DNA of 64,000 bases, taken from assembly GCA_037200005.1 (NCBI GenBank), contig JBBCGY010000001.1, positions 1,443,103-1,507,102 of the forward strand, read 5' to 3'. Every line of letters begins with the position of its first letter. The first letter of the stretch is position 1. The notes under the pieces are model-generated. The model was not told where the DNA came from. It saw nothing but the letters and a program-made list of their open reading frames with translations, and made no database searches. This DNA is from Alphaproteobacteria bacterium (GTDB lineage: Bacteria; Pseudomonadota; Alphaproteobacteria; UBA9219; RFNS01). Shown piece by piece: positions 1 to 10,028 of this stretch. The position numbers were made by a program, and so were the translations under genes.

Positions 1-607
1 TGCGCGGAATGATGACGCCGGGAATATTCTTCGCGCCCTGCGGCGCGGGAATCTCGATCCGCGCCAGACGATGGCCGTCGGTCGCCACGGCGCGCAGCAC
101 GTCGATATTGTTCGCGCGCGTCGCATGCAGATAGATGCCGTTCAGGTAATAGCGCGTCTCTTCGGTCGAAATGGCGAAGCGCGTGCGGTCGATGATGGTG
201 CGCAAATCTTGCGCGCTGAAGGTAAATTTGTGCTTCAGCTCGCCTTCCGACATTTGCGGAAAATCTTCGACCGGCAAACAGCCGAGCTTGAAATGCGAGC
301 GCCCCGCGGCCAGCGTCAACTGATTGCTGTTCGCCGCGTTCAGTTCGACCTGCGCGCCTTCGGGCAATTTGCGCACGATTTCGTAAAGCGTGTGCGCCGG
401 AGCCGTGACGGTGCCGCCGCGTCCGATTTCCGCCGAGGCGCTTTCGATGAATTCCAGATCCATGTCGGTCGCGGCGAAACTCACCGCCTGGCTTTCGGCG
501 CGGATCAGGACATTCGCTAAAATCGGGATGGTGTTGCGCCGCTCAACCACGCTTTGCGCATGGCCAAGGCTCTTCAACAGGGCGGATCGTTCGATGGTGA
601 GTTTCAT
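1..607 (-). CDS. dnaN: DNA polymerase III beta subunit (sliding clamp), N-terminal part; gene continues past the left edge
   Basis: Absent from the ORF track because it has no stop in the window. Reverse-strand translation from the ATG at 607-605 gives MKLTIERSALLKSLGHAQSVVERRNTIPILANVLIRAESQAVSFAATDMDLEFIESASAEIGRGGTVTAPAHTLYEIVRKLPEG...RYYLNGIYLH, a typical DnaN N-terminus. The + ORFs 71-520 and 390-638 are its shadows. Confidence 0.9.
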   Translation of the reverse strand, partial: MKLTIERSALLKSLGHAQSVVERRNTIPILANVLIRAESQAVSFAATDMDLEFIESASAEIGRGGTVTAPAHTLYEIVRKLPEGAQVELNAANSNQLTLAAGRSHFKLGCLPVEDFPQMSEGELKHKFTFSAQDLRTIIDRTRFAISTEETRYYLNGIYLHATRANNIDVLRAVATDGHRLARIEIPAPQGAKNIPGVIIPR

Positions 608-693
608 GGCGGGCCGTGGTTATGAGCGGGACTATTAATATTGCTTCATTATGCCATAGCAAAGATTCGTCTCCCCTGCTATCTTTCAGAAAG

Positions 694-702
694 TTATCCA
701 CA
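694..702 (+). promoter_or_regulatory. Perfect consensus DnaA box TTATCCACA
   Basis: Exact 9-mer read at 694-702, in the 111-bp gap between the dnaN start (607) and the HEPN gene start (719). Confidence 0.5.
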
Positions 703-718
703 GGCTTTTGCTGACCCC

Positions 719-1147
719 ATGACCGACCCCTATCCCACCCAAACCCGCTGGCAACAGAGATTCGAGAATTTCAGCAAAGCCCTAAAGCTTTTGCAAGAGC
801 CGCTGGCCGGAAGGGAAATCGATCAGTTCACCATGCTGGAAAAGCACGGATTGATTAAGCGATTTGATATGGCGTTTGAACTGGCTTGGAAGACCATGAA
901 GGATTATCTGGAATATGCTGGGATCCCAACCGAATACGCGGCTCCCCGCCCCGTCATCAAGCAGGCCTTCGCGGCCAATATCATCGTCAACGGCCAAACC
1001 TGGATTGACATGCTGGAAGACCGGAATCTTCTGTCCCATACCTATGATGAACATACCTTCACTGACGCTCTTCACGCCATCAAGGAACAATACCTGGCTC
1101 CTATTTGCGAATTTCACGCGCTGCTTCTCGAAAAAACGGCGGAATGA
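719..1147 (+). CDS. HEPN-domain protein, HI0074-family nucleotidyltransferase substrate-binding protein (HepT-like toxin candidate)
   Basis: ORF 641-1147, most likely starting at ATG 719 (MTDPYPTQTRWQQRF). Contains the RX4HXY motif (EDRNLLSHTYDE). Overall resemblance to the HI0074 family. Its stop overlaps the next start (ATGA). Confidence 0.8.
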   Translation: MTDPYPTQTRWQQRFENFSKALKLLQEPLAGREIDQFTMLEKHGLIKRFDMAFELAWKTMKDYLEYAGIPTEYAAPRPVIKQAFAANIIVNGQTWIDMLEDRNLLSHTYDEHTFTDALHAIKEQYLAPICEFHALLLEKTAE

Positions 1148-1464
1148 TGACAGATCTGCCCTTCGGCCTGACGGAGCATGAACGCGCTCTGATTTCCGGC
1201 GTTTTGAGCCGCCATCCGGAAATCGCGCGGGCTGTTATCTTCGGTTCTCGCGCCAAGGGAAATTACCGCCCCAACTCGGACATCGATGTTGCCGTCTGGG
1301 GCGATCTGGTAAACGGCACACTGGCACGGCTAGCCGGGGAACTTGAAGAATTGCGGCTGCCTTATCTTTTCGACGTGCAGCGATATGAGGCCATCGCCCA
1401 TCCCGCGCTCAAGGAGCATATCGATCTGGTAGGCAAAGAAATTTACGCGCGGCGGACGGCTTAA
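1144..1464 (+). CDS. Minimal nucleotidyltransferase (MNT, HI0073-like; MntA-like antitoxin candidate)
   Basis: ORF 1105-1464, likely starting at ATG 1144 (MMTDLPFGL). Contains the GSX10DXD motif (GSRAKGNYRPNSDIDVAV). Translationally coupled to the HEPN gene. Confidence 0.8.
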   Translation: MMTDLPFGLTEHERALISGVLSRHPEIARAVIFGSRAKGNYRPNSDIDVAVWGDLVNGTLARLAGELEELRLPYLFDVQRYEAIAHPALKEHIDLVGKEIYARRTA

Positions 1465-1955
1465 ACCTCGACGCCTTCCAGCCGCAGCAGCGCCGCTTTG
1501 CGCCCGATGCCGCCACCGGAATAGCCCGTCAAAGCGCCGTTTTTGCCGATCACACGGTGGCAGGGCACGATGATCGCCAGCGGATTGCGGGCGTTCGCCA
1601 TCGCCACCGCCCGCACCGCCTTGGGATTCTTGCCGCGCGCCGCAAGCTCGCTATAGCTTTGGGTCTTACCGTAGGGAATGCGGCGCATGACGCGCCAGAC
1701 GCGCTGCTGAAATTCCGTGCCTTCCGGCTTGAGGGGCAGATCGAATTCCTTAAGCTTTCCTGCAAAATAATTCGCTAACTGCTTGCGCACGACTGAAAAA
1801 ACCGGAAGAGCTTCGTTTTTGGTGCAACCCTTCGCGCCGCGCGGACGCCTGCTATTCGGCAATTCAAGCGCGATCAAATTTTCGCCGTCGCTGAAGAGCG
1901 TGATAGGCCCGAATGGCGACGGCGCGGTGGCGCGATAGGTTTTCGATGTTTTCAT
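1461..1955 (-). CDS. ogt: Methylated-DNA--protein-cysteine methyltransferase
   Basis: Active-site PCHRV motif (IVPCHRVIGKNGALTGYSGG) and the YGKTQSYSELA helix. Probable start is MKTSKTYR at 1955; the ORF extends to 1991. Confidence 0.9.
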   Translation of the reverse strand: MKTSKTYRATAPSPFGPITLFSDGENLIALELPNSRRPRGAKGCTKNEALPVFSVVRKQLANYFAGKLKEFDLPLKPEGTEFQQRVWRVMRRIPYGKTQSYSELAARGKNPKAVRAVAMANARNPLAIIVPCHRVIGKNGALTGYSGGGIGRKAALLRLEGVEV

Positions 1956-2003
1956 GACAGCGATTATACCGAATTCCGCAACGCGGAGCAATCAATCGGG
2001 ATT

Positions 2004-3509
2004 CTAAGCCTGATGGCCTTGCAGCATCCGCCGCAGCAGCGCCACATCTTCGCAGAAGCTCTGATCCTGGCCGGTCAGCTCTTCGACCTTGCGCACGGCG
2101 TGGATGACGGTGGTGTGATCGCGCCCGCCGAATTTGCGCCCGATTTCCGGCAGGCTGCGCGGCGTAAGCTGCTTGGCGAGATACATCGCGACCTGCCGGG
2201 GCCGCGCCACGACGCGGGAGCGGCGCGCGGAATGCATGTCGGCGAGCTTGATATTGTAATGCTCGGCGACCCGCTTCTGGATTTCATCGATGGTGATGCG
2301 GCGATCGGTGGCGCGCAGCAGATCGGCCAGCACCTCCTGCGTCATTTCCAGAGAGATCTCGCGCCCGACAAGCTGCGCATGGGCGGCGATGCGGTTGAGC
2401 GCGCCTTCCAGTTCGCGGACATTGCTGGTGATCTTGTGGGCGAGGAATTCCGTCACCTTCGGCGGCACGGCGCAGGCGAGCGCTTCGGCCTTGCTGTGCA
2501 GAATGCCGAGGCGCAATTCATAGGTCGTGGGATGAATGTCGGCGACGAGTCCCCATCCCAAACGCGAGCGAAGCCGTTCCTCGATCTTGTCCAAATCCTG
2601 CGGCGACTTGTCGGCGGAAACGATGACCTGGCGGTTTTGATCGACCAGCGCGTTGAAGGTATGGAAAAATTCTTCCTGCGTATGCTCGCGGCCGCTGATG
2701 AACTGCACGTCGTCGATCATCAGCACGTCGACCGAGCGGAACTGCTCCTTGAAAGCGACGGTATCCTTGAACCGCAGCGCGCGGACGAACTGATACATGA
2801 ATTTTTCCGCCGACATATAGATGACGCGGCGGTTGGCGAAGTTCTTGCGGATATGCCACGCGATCGCATGCATCAGATGGGTCTTGCCGAGGCCGACGCC
2901 GCCATACAGGAACAGCGGATTGAATCCCGGCGTCGATTGCTCCGCGACGCGGCGCGCCGCCGCGAAGGCTAGTTCATTGGTCTTGCCGACGATGAAATTC
3001 TCGAAGGTAAAGCGCGGATCGAGCGCCGCCGTGAAGCTATCCGTGAAGGAAATCGGCGCCGTCGGCGGCGCGGCGGCAGCGGACGTCGATATCGCCGCCG
3101 GATTTGCGGCTGAACTTGAAACGGCAGGACGGCTTTCCGGGCGGGTCTCCGAGGCATTGGCGCGGCCGGCATCGGCCTGAAGCGCGCCGACGATCATGCA
3201 TTCAACCGATCCCTGGCCGCCGGACTGCTGCCACAGCGCCCTGATCTGATCGGCATAGTGCTGCTCGATCCAGTCGCGCATGAAGCGCGTCGGCACGTTG
3301 AGCCTGACGCCTATGGATGGAACAGGCGAGAAAACGACGGCCAGCGGCGCGAGCCAGCGGTTAAAAGTGGTTTCGCCAAGGCGCTCGCGCATCAGTTGCG
3401 CGACTTTCTGCCATATGGCGGCGTAAGCGGCTGAACCGAACTGATCTTGTGTCGCGGGCGGCATCATATTGCCTTCTATTGTTTGTCTTGCCGCCATTGC
3501 CATCCTCAA
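2004..3509 (-). CDS. dnaA: Chromosomal replication initiator protein DnaA
   Basis: Walker A GGVGLGKTHL, DDVQF box, C-terminal DNA-binding region (VARPRQVAMYLAKQLT...RDHTTVIHA). Start is uncertain: TTG 3509, ATG 3503, or ATG 3467 with AGAAGG upstream. Confidence 0.95.
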   Translation of the reverse strand: MRMAMAARQTIEGNMMPPATQDQFGSAAYAAIWQKVAQLMRERLGETTFNRWLAPLAVVFSPVPSIGVRLNVPTRFMRDWIEQHYADQIRALWQQSGGQGSVECMIVGALQADAGRANASETRPESRPAVSSSAANPAAISTSAAAAPPTAPISFTDSFTAALDPRFTFENFIVGKTNELAFAAARRVAEQSTPGFNPLFLYGGVGLGKTHLMHAIAWHIRKNFANRRVIYMSAEKFMYQFVRALRFKDTVAFKEQFRSVDVLMIDDVQFISGREHTQEEFFHTFNALVDQNRQVIVSADKSPQDLDKIEERLRSRLGWGLVADIHPTTYELRLGILHSKAEALACAVPPKVTEFLAHKITSNVRELEGALNRIAAHAQLVGREISLEMTQEVLADLLRATDRRITIDEIQKRVAEHYNIKLADMHSARRSRVVARPRQVAMYLAKQLTPRSLPEIGRKFGGRDHTTVIHAVRKVEELTGQDQSFCEDVALLRRMLQGHQA

Positions 3510-3839
3510 GAATTCCCAGTTACAAGATCACGCAACACAATAAAAAACCTCAGCCCAGAGAATAATCTCTAAGGCTACAAGTAGTTTCCGACATCTTTTA
3601 AGAACTAGGGTGAGGGTATTGAGGATAGGGTCTTGTACTACCACAATAAAATAAGGTTTCTTTTACTTTGCCATCACTAATAAGCATTTCAACCGCCTTA
3701 GAATGATTGTTGTAGTTTCACTCATTATTTGGAATTCAGAACCTAGAACGAAAGCAACGCTGAATGCAACAACAAGATTCGCTTGACAGCAAAAAACGCA
3801 AAGATCATTCGCCGGTTTGAAAAACGACAAACGGCATGA

Positions 3840-4106
3840 TCATTTTTTGAGGGTTTTGATCCGCTTTGCCAGGCGTGAAACTTTGCGCGAAGCGGTCTTG
3901 CGCTTCATGACGCCCTTGCGCGCGGTGCGCGCCAGCGCCGGTTCGGCAAGCTTCAACGCCGCTTCGGCGGCAGCCGCGTCCTTGGCGTCGAGAGCGGCTT
4001 CCACCTTTTTGACGGCGGAACGCGTCGCGGACAAGCGGGCGCGGTTACGTTCATTACGGCGCAACGCCTGACGCGCGCGCTTGAGAGCTGATGGATGATC
4101 GGCCAT
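3840..4106 (-). CDS. rpsT: 30S ribosomal protein S20
   Basis: MADHPSALKRARQALRRNERNRARLSATRSAVKKVEAA..., a typical S20. Start taken at Met 12 of ORF 3840-4139. Confidence 0.9.
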   Translation of the reverse strand: MADHPSALKRARQALRRNERNRARLSATRSAVKKVEAALDAKDAAAAEAALKLAEPALARTARKGVMKRKTASRKVSRLAKRIKTLKK

Positions 4107-4294
4107 AAAAACCTCGTATTCCGGAAAGCGCGGAGTCATACGCCGCCCTCCTTATGGCGTCAAGCCATAAAGCGTATCGTTTTGTTACGCGTTGGCGGGC
4201 ATGAAACTAAATAAGACCGGAGATTGCTTTGACCGGTCATGGAATAAGACGTAGAATTCGCCGACCGGAACGACCTGTGAAAGGCAAGGATTTC

Positions 4295-5173
4295 ATGTCC
4301 CAGTTAGACGCAACAATCTCCACGGACGAGCTTAAGACTTCGCTCGAAGCAGCCAGCGGCCGGACGTTGAATCCCCTCATACAAATACCGGAATTCACAT
4401 GCAAGCTCGATGCCGATGGCAGGCCCGACAAGCCGGTAGAGCTTGAATTGCGGACAGCGCCGAACGACAAGGCGCTTGCCGAAAAACCCGCCAATGACAT
4501 GCCGGCGCCGAAATTGGGCAAAGACCTGGACAAAACCGCCGAGGGCATGCTGGTCAATTCCGGCAACGGGGCTTTGGCGCGCTCCCGGCAAGCAGCCCAT
4601 AGCGCGGCCGCGCTCGATCCCAAAGACAGCCGGCTTCAGAGACTGGCGAATATCTATGACAAGCGCGCGGCTGAAAAATTCGGCATCCAGAGCCTTTCGG
4701 AACTCGGCCCCAAAACCCCCGCCGAGCGAGGCCAGATGCAGGCCCGCGCCCTGCAGGCTCAAATCGCGGCGCATCCCGGCCTGAAGCTGGCGGGAAAAAA
4801 TCCGAAAGACGCCGCGGCGGCCATCAACAAAAAAGAACTGGAAGCGCAAACGAAGCAATTGACGGCAAGCCTCAAGATCGAAGTTCCGACGCCCAGCTTT
4901 CCCGCTCATAGGCTCAAGGCCGAGCAAAACCATGACAGCCGACCCGAAAATATCGTCAGGGGCCCCAAGGGAACCATCGCGCCCAAGGATGACAAAAACC
5001 GCTCGCTGCAATGGGCGAAAACCCCAGGCGATCCGAAGCATGCCAACGACGCCATGAGAAGCGGTCCGGCATGGGCCTTAAGCAAACCCGCTCCGAAGCC
5101 CGCCAACAAATGGGAAAATCTGCCCGGCTACGGCCATATCCCCAATAAATTGACGCCGGATCAAACATCATAG
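4295..5173 (+). CDS. Hypothetical Lys/Pro/Ala-rich protein, no recognisable domain
   Basis: ORF 4229-5173. ATG 4295 is preceded by AAGGA at about 6 nt. No TM segment. Low-complexity, charged sequence. Confidence 0.55.
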   Translation: MSQLDATISTDELKTSLEAASGRTLNPLIQIPEFTCKLDADGRPDKPVELELRTAPNDKALAEKPANDMPAPKLGKDLDKTAEGMLVNSGNGALARSRQAAHSAAALDPKDSRLQRLANIYDKRAAEKFGIQSLSELGPKTPAERGQMQARALQAQIAAHPGLKLAGKNPKDAAAAINKKELEAQTKQLTASLKIEVPTPSFPAHRLKAEQNHDSRPENIVRGPKGTIAPKDDKNRSLQWAKTPGDPKHANDAMRSGPAWALSKPAPKPANKWENLPGYGHIPNKLTPDQTS

Positions 5174-5375
5174 ATGCAGCCGTAACGTCTCGCCCTGCGC
5201 GTTAGGCAGGAATATAGTCGCTCCCATATTGAATCTGTTTACAGTCCTGCCATACGCTGGTAGCTTCCGCTCGTTTTCTCGCGCTTACAAAAATCCCCGG
5301 TGCGCGGCTGTCATTGGGATGGCTGTCGGCAAGCATCGGCCATACTCGCAAAACATTTTACTTTCCGGGCGCGCC

Positions 5376-6323
5376 ATGAAACTCATTTCCGGCAACAGCA
5401 ATCCCCCTCTGGCGCAAGCTATCGCCAAACAACTGGGCGTTCCGCTGTGCCAATCGACCGCGAAGCGCTTCGCCGATCTCGAAGTCTTCGTCGAAATCCT
5501 GGAAAATATCCGCGGCGAAGATGTTTTTATCATTCAGCCGACCTCCTATCCGGCCAATGACAATCTGATGGAATTGCTGATCACCGTCGACGCGCTGCGG
5601 CGCAGCTCGGCGCGGCGGATCACCGCGGTTGTACCCTATTACGGCTATGCGCGGCAGGACCGCAAGACGGGCCCGCGCACGCCGATTACCGCGAAGCTGG
5701 TGGCGAATTTGCTGACCACCGCCGGAACCGACCGGGTGCTGACGCTCGATCTTCATGCCGGACAGATTCAAGGCTTCTTCGATATTCCGGTCGACAACCT
5801 GTTCGTCGCCCCGGTTTTCGCCCAGCACATCAAGGATACGATGGCGGTGCATGGCCGCCTGCCGGAAGGATTAACCATAATTTCTCCCGATGTCGGCGGC
5901 GTGGTGCGGGCGCGATCGATGGCGAAAAGGCTTAACGCCGACCTGGCGATCATCGACAAGCGCCGCGAAAAAGCAGGTGAATCCGAGGTCATGAATATCA
6001 TCGGCGATGTCGAGGGACGCGACTGCATCATGGTCGACGACATCGTGGACAGCGCCGGAACCCTCTGCAACGCCGCCGTGGCCCTCATGGAGGCAGGCGC
6101 GAAAACAGTTGCAGCCTATGTCACGCATGGCGTATTGTCCGGCGGCGCGGTGGAACGGGTCGACGCATCGCCGCTCACCACGCTGGTGACGACGGATTCG
6201 ATCGCGGCGACGCCTGAAGTGACGAACGCCAAGCGCGTCAAGCAGATTTCGATCGGGCCATTGCTGGCGGAAGCCATCATTCGCATCTCGCAAGAGCGGT
6301 CGGTATCGAGCTTGTTTAGTTGA
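5376..6323 (+). CDS. prs: Ribose-phosphate pyrophosphokinase
   Basis: [21 protein letters not shown]..., [10 protein letters not shown] and [11 protein letters not shown] motifs, and the PRPP-binding loop [13 protein letters not shown]. Confidence 0.95.
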   Translation: MKLISGNSNPPLAQAIAKQLGVPLCQSTAKRFADLEVFVEILENIRGEDVFIIQPTSYPANDNLMELLITVDALRRSSARRITAVVPYYGYARQDRKTGPRTPITAKLVANLLTTAGTDRVLTLDLHAGQIQGFFDIPVDNLFVAPVFAQHIKDTMAVHGRLPEGLTIISPDVGGVVRARSMAKRLNADLAIIDKRREKAGESEVMNIIGDVEGRDCIMVDDIVDSAGTLCNAAVALMEAGAKTVAAYVTHGVLSGGAVERVDASPLTTLVTTDSIAATPEVTNAKRVKQISIGPLLAEAIIRISQERSVSSLFS

Positions 6324-6425
6324 GGCGTTCTGATTATTGATTTCTGATTACCGGCACCCTGGAGGCCGGCGATCTTAACGGCCGACGCATCATGCGCCGG
6401 TCAAACACATGCAAGGGAGCATACG

Positions 6426-7166
6426 ATGGCACAGCTAGGGACTTTAACGGCGGAATTACGCGAACGCGGCGGCAAGGGCGAGGCCCGCGCCGTCAGAAGG
6501 CAGGGACAAGTTCCCGCCGTGATTTACGGCGACAAGCAGCCGCCGGTCATGATCGCCATCCAGCACAATCTTCTGCTCCGCGAAGTCAACAAAGCGGGCT
6601 TTCTCGCCCATCTTTACGAGATCGACGTCCAGGGCAAGAAGCATCGCGTGCTGCCCCGCGACGTGCAGTTCGATCCCGTCACCGACCGTCCGCTGCATGT
6701 CGATTTCCTGCGCGTGTCCGGCAATACCCGCGTGCGCGTAGCCGTGCCGGTGCATTTCCAGAACCACGACAAGGCCCCCGGCATCAAGCGCGGCGGCATG
6801 CTGAACATCGTCAGCCACGAGCTCGAGCTTATCGTTCAGCCGGACAATATCCCGGAATCGATCGATATCGATCTGACCGGCCTCGAAATCGGCGCGAGCA
6901 TCCATATCGGCGCCATCAAGTTGCCGGCCGGCGTGAAAACGACGATTGCCGATCCCGACTTCACCATCGCCACCATCGCGCCGCCGACCGCCGTCAAGAC
7001 TGAAGCCGCCGACGCCGCGGCAGCAGCGGCTGCGACCGCGGGAGCTCCGGCAGCCGACGCGGCTGCACCGGCCGCAGGCGCGGCCGCAGCTCCGGCAGCG
7101 GGCGCCAAGGCGGCACCAGGCGCCAAGGCAGCGCCCGCCGCGGATGCCAAGGGCGGGAAGAAGTAG
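6426..7166 (+). CDS. rplY: 50S ribosomal protein L25 / general stress protein Ctc, with Ala/Pro-rich C-terminal tail
   Basis: LTAELRERGGKGEARAVRRQGQVPAVIYG... is a typical L25/Ctc N-terminus. Long Ala-rich tail. Confidence 0.9.
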   Translation: MAQLGTLTAELRERGGKGEARAVRRQGQVPAVIYGDKQPPVMIAIQHNLLLREVNKAGFLAHLYEIDVQGKKHRVLPRDVQFDPVTDRPLHVDFLRVSGNTRVRVAVPVHFQNHDKAPGIKRGGMLNIVSHELELIVQPDNIPESIDIDLTGLEIGASIHIGAIKLPAGVKTTIADPDFTIATIAPPTAVKTEAADAAAAAAATAGAPAADAAAPAAGAAAAPAAGAKAAPGAKAAPAADAKGGKK

Positions 7167-7191
7167 TTTTTGCCGCAGAGCGGTCCAGAGT

Positions 7192-7232
7192 CCCTCCCTC
7201 GCAGGTTAAAACCCTGCCGGGGGAGGGTTTTA
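7192..7232 (+). terminator. Rho-independent terminator after rplY
   Basis: CCCTCCCTCGCAGG / CCTGCCGGGGGAGGG stem followed by TTTTAT. Confidence 0.7.
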
Positions 7233-7275
7233 TGGTGGTCCTTCTAACTCCACCGCTTCAATCGCGGGAGTCTTC

Positions 7276-8334
7276 ATGGAATTTCTTCCCGAGTTCTTTT
7301 TCAGCGCATGGATGGGCAGGCCGGCCTGGGTATGGGTCGGCTTTCTCGTCATCGTCGCGGCGCTGATGATCCTCGATCTCGGCATCATGCACAAACCGGG
7401 CAAAGTCATCGATGTGCGGGAAAGCATCGTCATGTGCGCCTTCTATACGGCGCTCGGACTGGCTTTCGCGGCGGTGATTTACTGGATTTACAGCCAGCCC
7501 ATGTCCGCCGAGAGCATAGACGGGCAATTCGCCGGACTTTCCGATCATAAGCGGGCCATGATGGCGGCGCAGCTTTATGTGACCGGCTATCTGGTCGAGC
7601 TTAGCCTGTCGATGGATAATGTTTTCGTCATCTCCTTGATCTTCGGTTATTTCCACATCCCGCGCCAGCATCAGCACCGCGTGCTGTTCTGGGGCATCAT
7701 CGGCGTCATTCTTTTCCGGGCGGCCCTGATCGGCGTCGGCGCGGCGCTGATTTCGCAGTTTAGCTGGGTCATGAGCGTGTTCGGCGTTTTCCTGGTTTAT
7801 GCCGGGGTCAAGATGATGCGCGCGAGCGAAGATCATAATCCCGACATCGCCAATAACCCGGTGCTGAGATATATCCGCGGCCATTTTCCGGTTACCCACG
7901 ATTTGCATGGCGAAAGTTTTTTCATCCGCCAGACCGACCCGAAGACAGGCCGGATGCTATCCTATATGACTCCGCTGTTCCTGGCGCTCGTCATGGTCGA
8001 ATTGGCCGATGTCGTGTTCGCGGTCGATAGCGTGCCCGCGATTTTCGCCATCACGCCGGATTCCTACCTGGTCTACACCAGCAATATTTTCGCTATCCTG
8101 GGATTGCGCTCGCTCTATTTCACGCTGGCGGCGATGGTGCATCGTTTCCATTATATGAAATACGCCTTGGCGCTCATTCTCGTGCTGATCGGCGCGAAAA
8201 TCCTTGTCGCCGAGCTTGGCGGACTCCATCTCCCCAACTGGGTCAGCCTGGCCGCGACGGTCGGCCTGCTCGCGGGCGGCATCGGCTATTCGCTGCTGAA
8301 AACCCGCGCCGCCGAAAAAGCAGCCTCTTTATGA
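7276..8334 (+). CDS. TerC-family integral membrane protein
   Basis: Multi-TM protein with the TGYLVELSLSMDNVFV and VELADVVFAVDSVPAIFAIT repeats typical of TerC/Alx. Confidence 0.85.
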   Translation: MEFLPEFFFSAWMGRPAWVWVGFLVIVAALMILDLGIMHKPGKVIDVRESIVMCAFYTALGLAFAAVIYWIYSQPMSAESIDGQFAGLSDHKRAMMAAQLYVTGYLVELSLSMDNVFVISLIFGYFHIPRQHQHRVLFWGIIGVILFRAALIGVGAALISQFSWVMSVFGVFLVYAGVKMMRASEDHNPDIANNPVLRYIRGHFPVTHDLHGESFFIRQTDPKTGRMLSYMTPLFLALVMVELADVVFAVDSVPAIFAITPDSYLVYTSNIFAILGLRSLYFTLAAMVHRFHYMKYALALILVLIGAKILVAELGGLHLPNWVSLAATVGLLAGGIGYSLLKTRAAEKAASL

Positions 8335-8915
8335 AGCTCGTCGTCGGCCTCGGCAATCCCGGCGCGGAATATGAGAAAAATCGCCACAATATCGGCTTCA
8401 TGGCCATCGACCGGCTGCATGAATTCTGGCGCGGCGGCGCATGGAAAAAAAAATTTCATGGCCTGTTCGCCGAAGCCTCCGTCGACGGCGAAAAAATCCT
8501 GCTGCTGAAGCCGATGACCTTCATGAACGTCTCCGGCCGCGCCGTGATCGAGGCCGCCTCGTTCTACAAAATCGCGCCGCAGGACATTCTGGTCTTCCAT
8601 GACGAAATCGAATTGCTCCCCGGCAAGATCAGGATCAAGCAGGGCGGCGGCGCGGCGGGCCATAACGGGCTTAAATCCATCGACGCCGCCATCGGCGCGG
8701 ATTACTGGCGGGTGCGCATGGGCGTGGGCCGCCCCGCCGAGGGCAAGGACGCGGTTCATGGTTATGTGCTCGGCAATTTTTCCAAAGCCGACCGCGCATG
8801 GCTTGACCCGCTGCTCGATGTGCTGGCAAAAGAAGCGGCGCTTCTGCTCGCGGGCGATCATGGCCGCTATATGAACCGCGCGAATTTGGCGCTTAAGCCA
8901 CAGAAAGAGTCGTAA
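8331..8915 (+). CDS. pth: Peptidyl-tRNA hydrolase
   Basis: [27 protein letters not shown]..., GHNGLKSI motif. Confidence 0.95.
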   Translation: MKLVVGLGNPGAEYEKNRHNIGFMAIDRLHEFWRGGAWKKKFHGLFAEASVDGEKILLLKPMTFMNVSGRAVIEAASFYKIAPQDILVFHDEIELLPGKIRIKQGGGAAGHNGLKSIDAAIGADYWRVRMGVGRPAEGKDAVHGYVLGNFSKADRAWLDPLLDVLAKEAALLLAGDHGRYMNRANLALKPQKES

Positions 8916-8916
8916 A

Positions 8917-10017
8917 ATGGGTTTCAATTGCGGGATCGTCGGGCTGCCGAATGTCGGCAAATCCACTCTGTTCAACGCGCTGACCGCCACGGCGGCGGCG
9001 CAGGCGGCGAATTATCCGTTCTGCACCATCGAGCCGAATGTCGGACGCGTCGCGGTGCCGGACGACCGGCTGGAAAAACTGGCGGCCATCGCCGGATCGC
9101 AGAAAATCATCCCGACGCAGCTTGAGTTCGTCGATATCGCCGGGCTGGTGCGCGGCGCGAGCAAGGGCGAAGGCCTCGGCAACCAGTTCCTCGCCAATAT
9201 CCGCGAGACCGACGCCGTCATTCACGTGCTGCGCTGCTTCGAAGGCGAAGTGACCCATGTCGAAGGCTCGGTCGACCCCCTCCGCGACGCGGAAATCGTG
9301 GAAACGGAATTGATGCTCGCCGATCTCGAAAGCCTGGAAAAGCGCCTCACCGCCGCGCAAAAGAAGGCCAAGGGCGGCGACGCCGAAGCCAAGGCGCAAG
9401 TCGCGGCGATGGAACCCGCGCTCGCCGCGCTGCAGGCAGGCAACCCGGCGCGCAGCGTCATCAAATCGCTCCCCGCCGAAACGCTGCCGCATTTCAGGAT
9501 GCTGCAATTGATGACGGGAAAGCCCGTCCTCTATGTCGCCAATGTGGAAGAAGGCTCCGCGGAAAAAGGCAACGCGCTTTCCGCCAAGGTCGCGGCGAAA
9601 GCCAAAACGGAAGGCACGGAATCCGTCATCGTCACGGCGGCGATCGAGGCCGAAGTCGCCATTCTGCCGCCGGAAGAGCAAAAGGAATTTCTCGATAGTC
9701 TGGGGCTGACCGAGCCAGGGCTGAACCGCGTGATCCGCGCGGGCTATCACCTGCTCGACCTGATTACCTTCTTCACCGTCGGCCCCAAGGAAGCGCGCGC
9801 CTGGACCGTGCGGCGCGGCGCGACCGCGCCCGAAGCGGCGGGCGTCATCCATACCGATTTCCAGCGCGGCTTCATCCGCGCCGAGACCATCGATTACGAC
9901 AGCTTCATCGCCTGCAAGGGCGAGCAAGGCGCGAAAGACGCGGGCAAAATGCGCCAGGAAGGCAAGGACTACATCGTCCATGACGGCGATGTTTTTCATT
10001 TCAGGTTCAACGTCTAA
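8917..10017 (+). CDS. ychF: Ribosome-binding ATPase YchF
   Basis: [23 protein letters not shown]..., TGS-like C-terminus ...[14 protein letters not shown]. Confidence 0.95.
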   Translation: MGFNCGIVGLPNVGKSTLFNALTATAAAQAANYPFCTIEPNVGRVAVPDDRLEKLAAIAGSQKIIPTQLEFVDIAGLVRGASKGEGLGNQFLANIRETDAVIHVLRCFEGEVTHVEGSVDPLRDAEIVETELMLADLESLEKRLTAAQKKAKGGDAEAKAQVAAMEPALAALQAGNPARSVIKSLPAETLPHFRMLQLMTGKPVLYVANVEEGSAEKGNALSAKVAAKAKTEGTESVIVTAAIEAEVAILPPEEQKEFLDSLGLTEPGLNRVIRAGYHLLDLITFFTVGPKEARAWTVRRGATAPEAAGVIHTDFQRGFIRAETIDYDSFIACKGEQGAKDAGKMRQEGKDYIVHDGDVFHFRFNV

Positions 10018-10028
10018 GCGAGGCGTCC

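Noticed and set aside
71-638. Plus-strand ORFs 71-520 and 390-638 at the left edge.
   Set aside because: They are shadows of the minus-strand dnaN gene, which translates into a clear DnaN N-terminus.
3510-3839. The AT-rich rpsT-dnaA spacer as oriC.
   Set aside because: I found no DnaA-box-like 9-mers or obvious DUE repeats. Reported only as a low-interest observation.
6392-7003. 203-aa Arg-rich plus-strand ORF overlapping rplY in another frame.
   Set aside because: It is an alternative frame of a clear L25/Ctc gene, with implausible composition.
7167-7275. Possible Mn-sensing yybP-ykoY riboswitch ahead of the TerC-family gene.
   Set aside because: The 109-nt spacer is mostly occupied by the rplY terminator hairpin. 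I could not recognise the conserved riboswitch core by eye; a covariance-model search would be needed.
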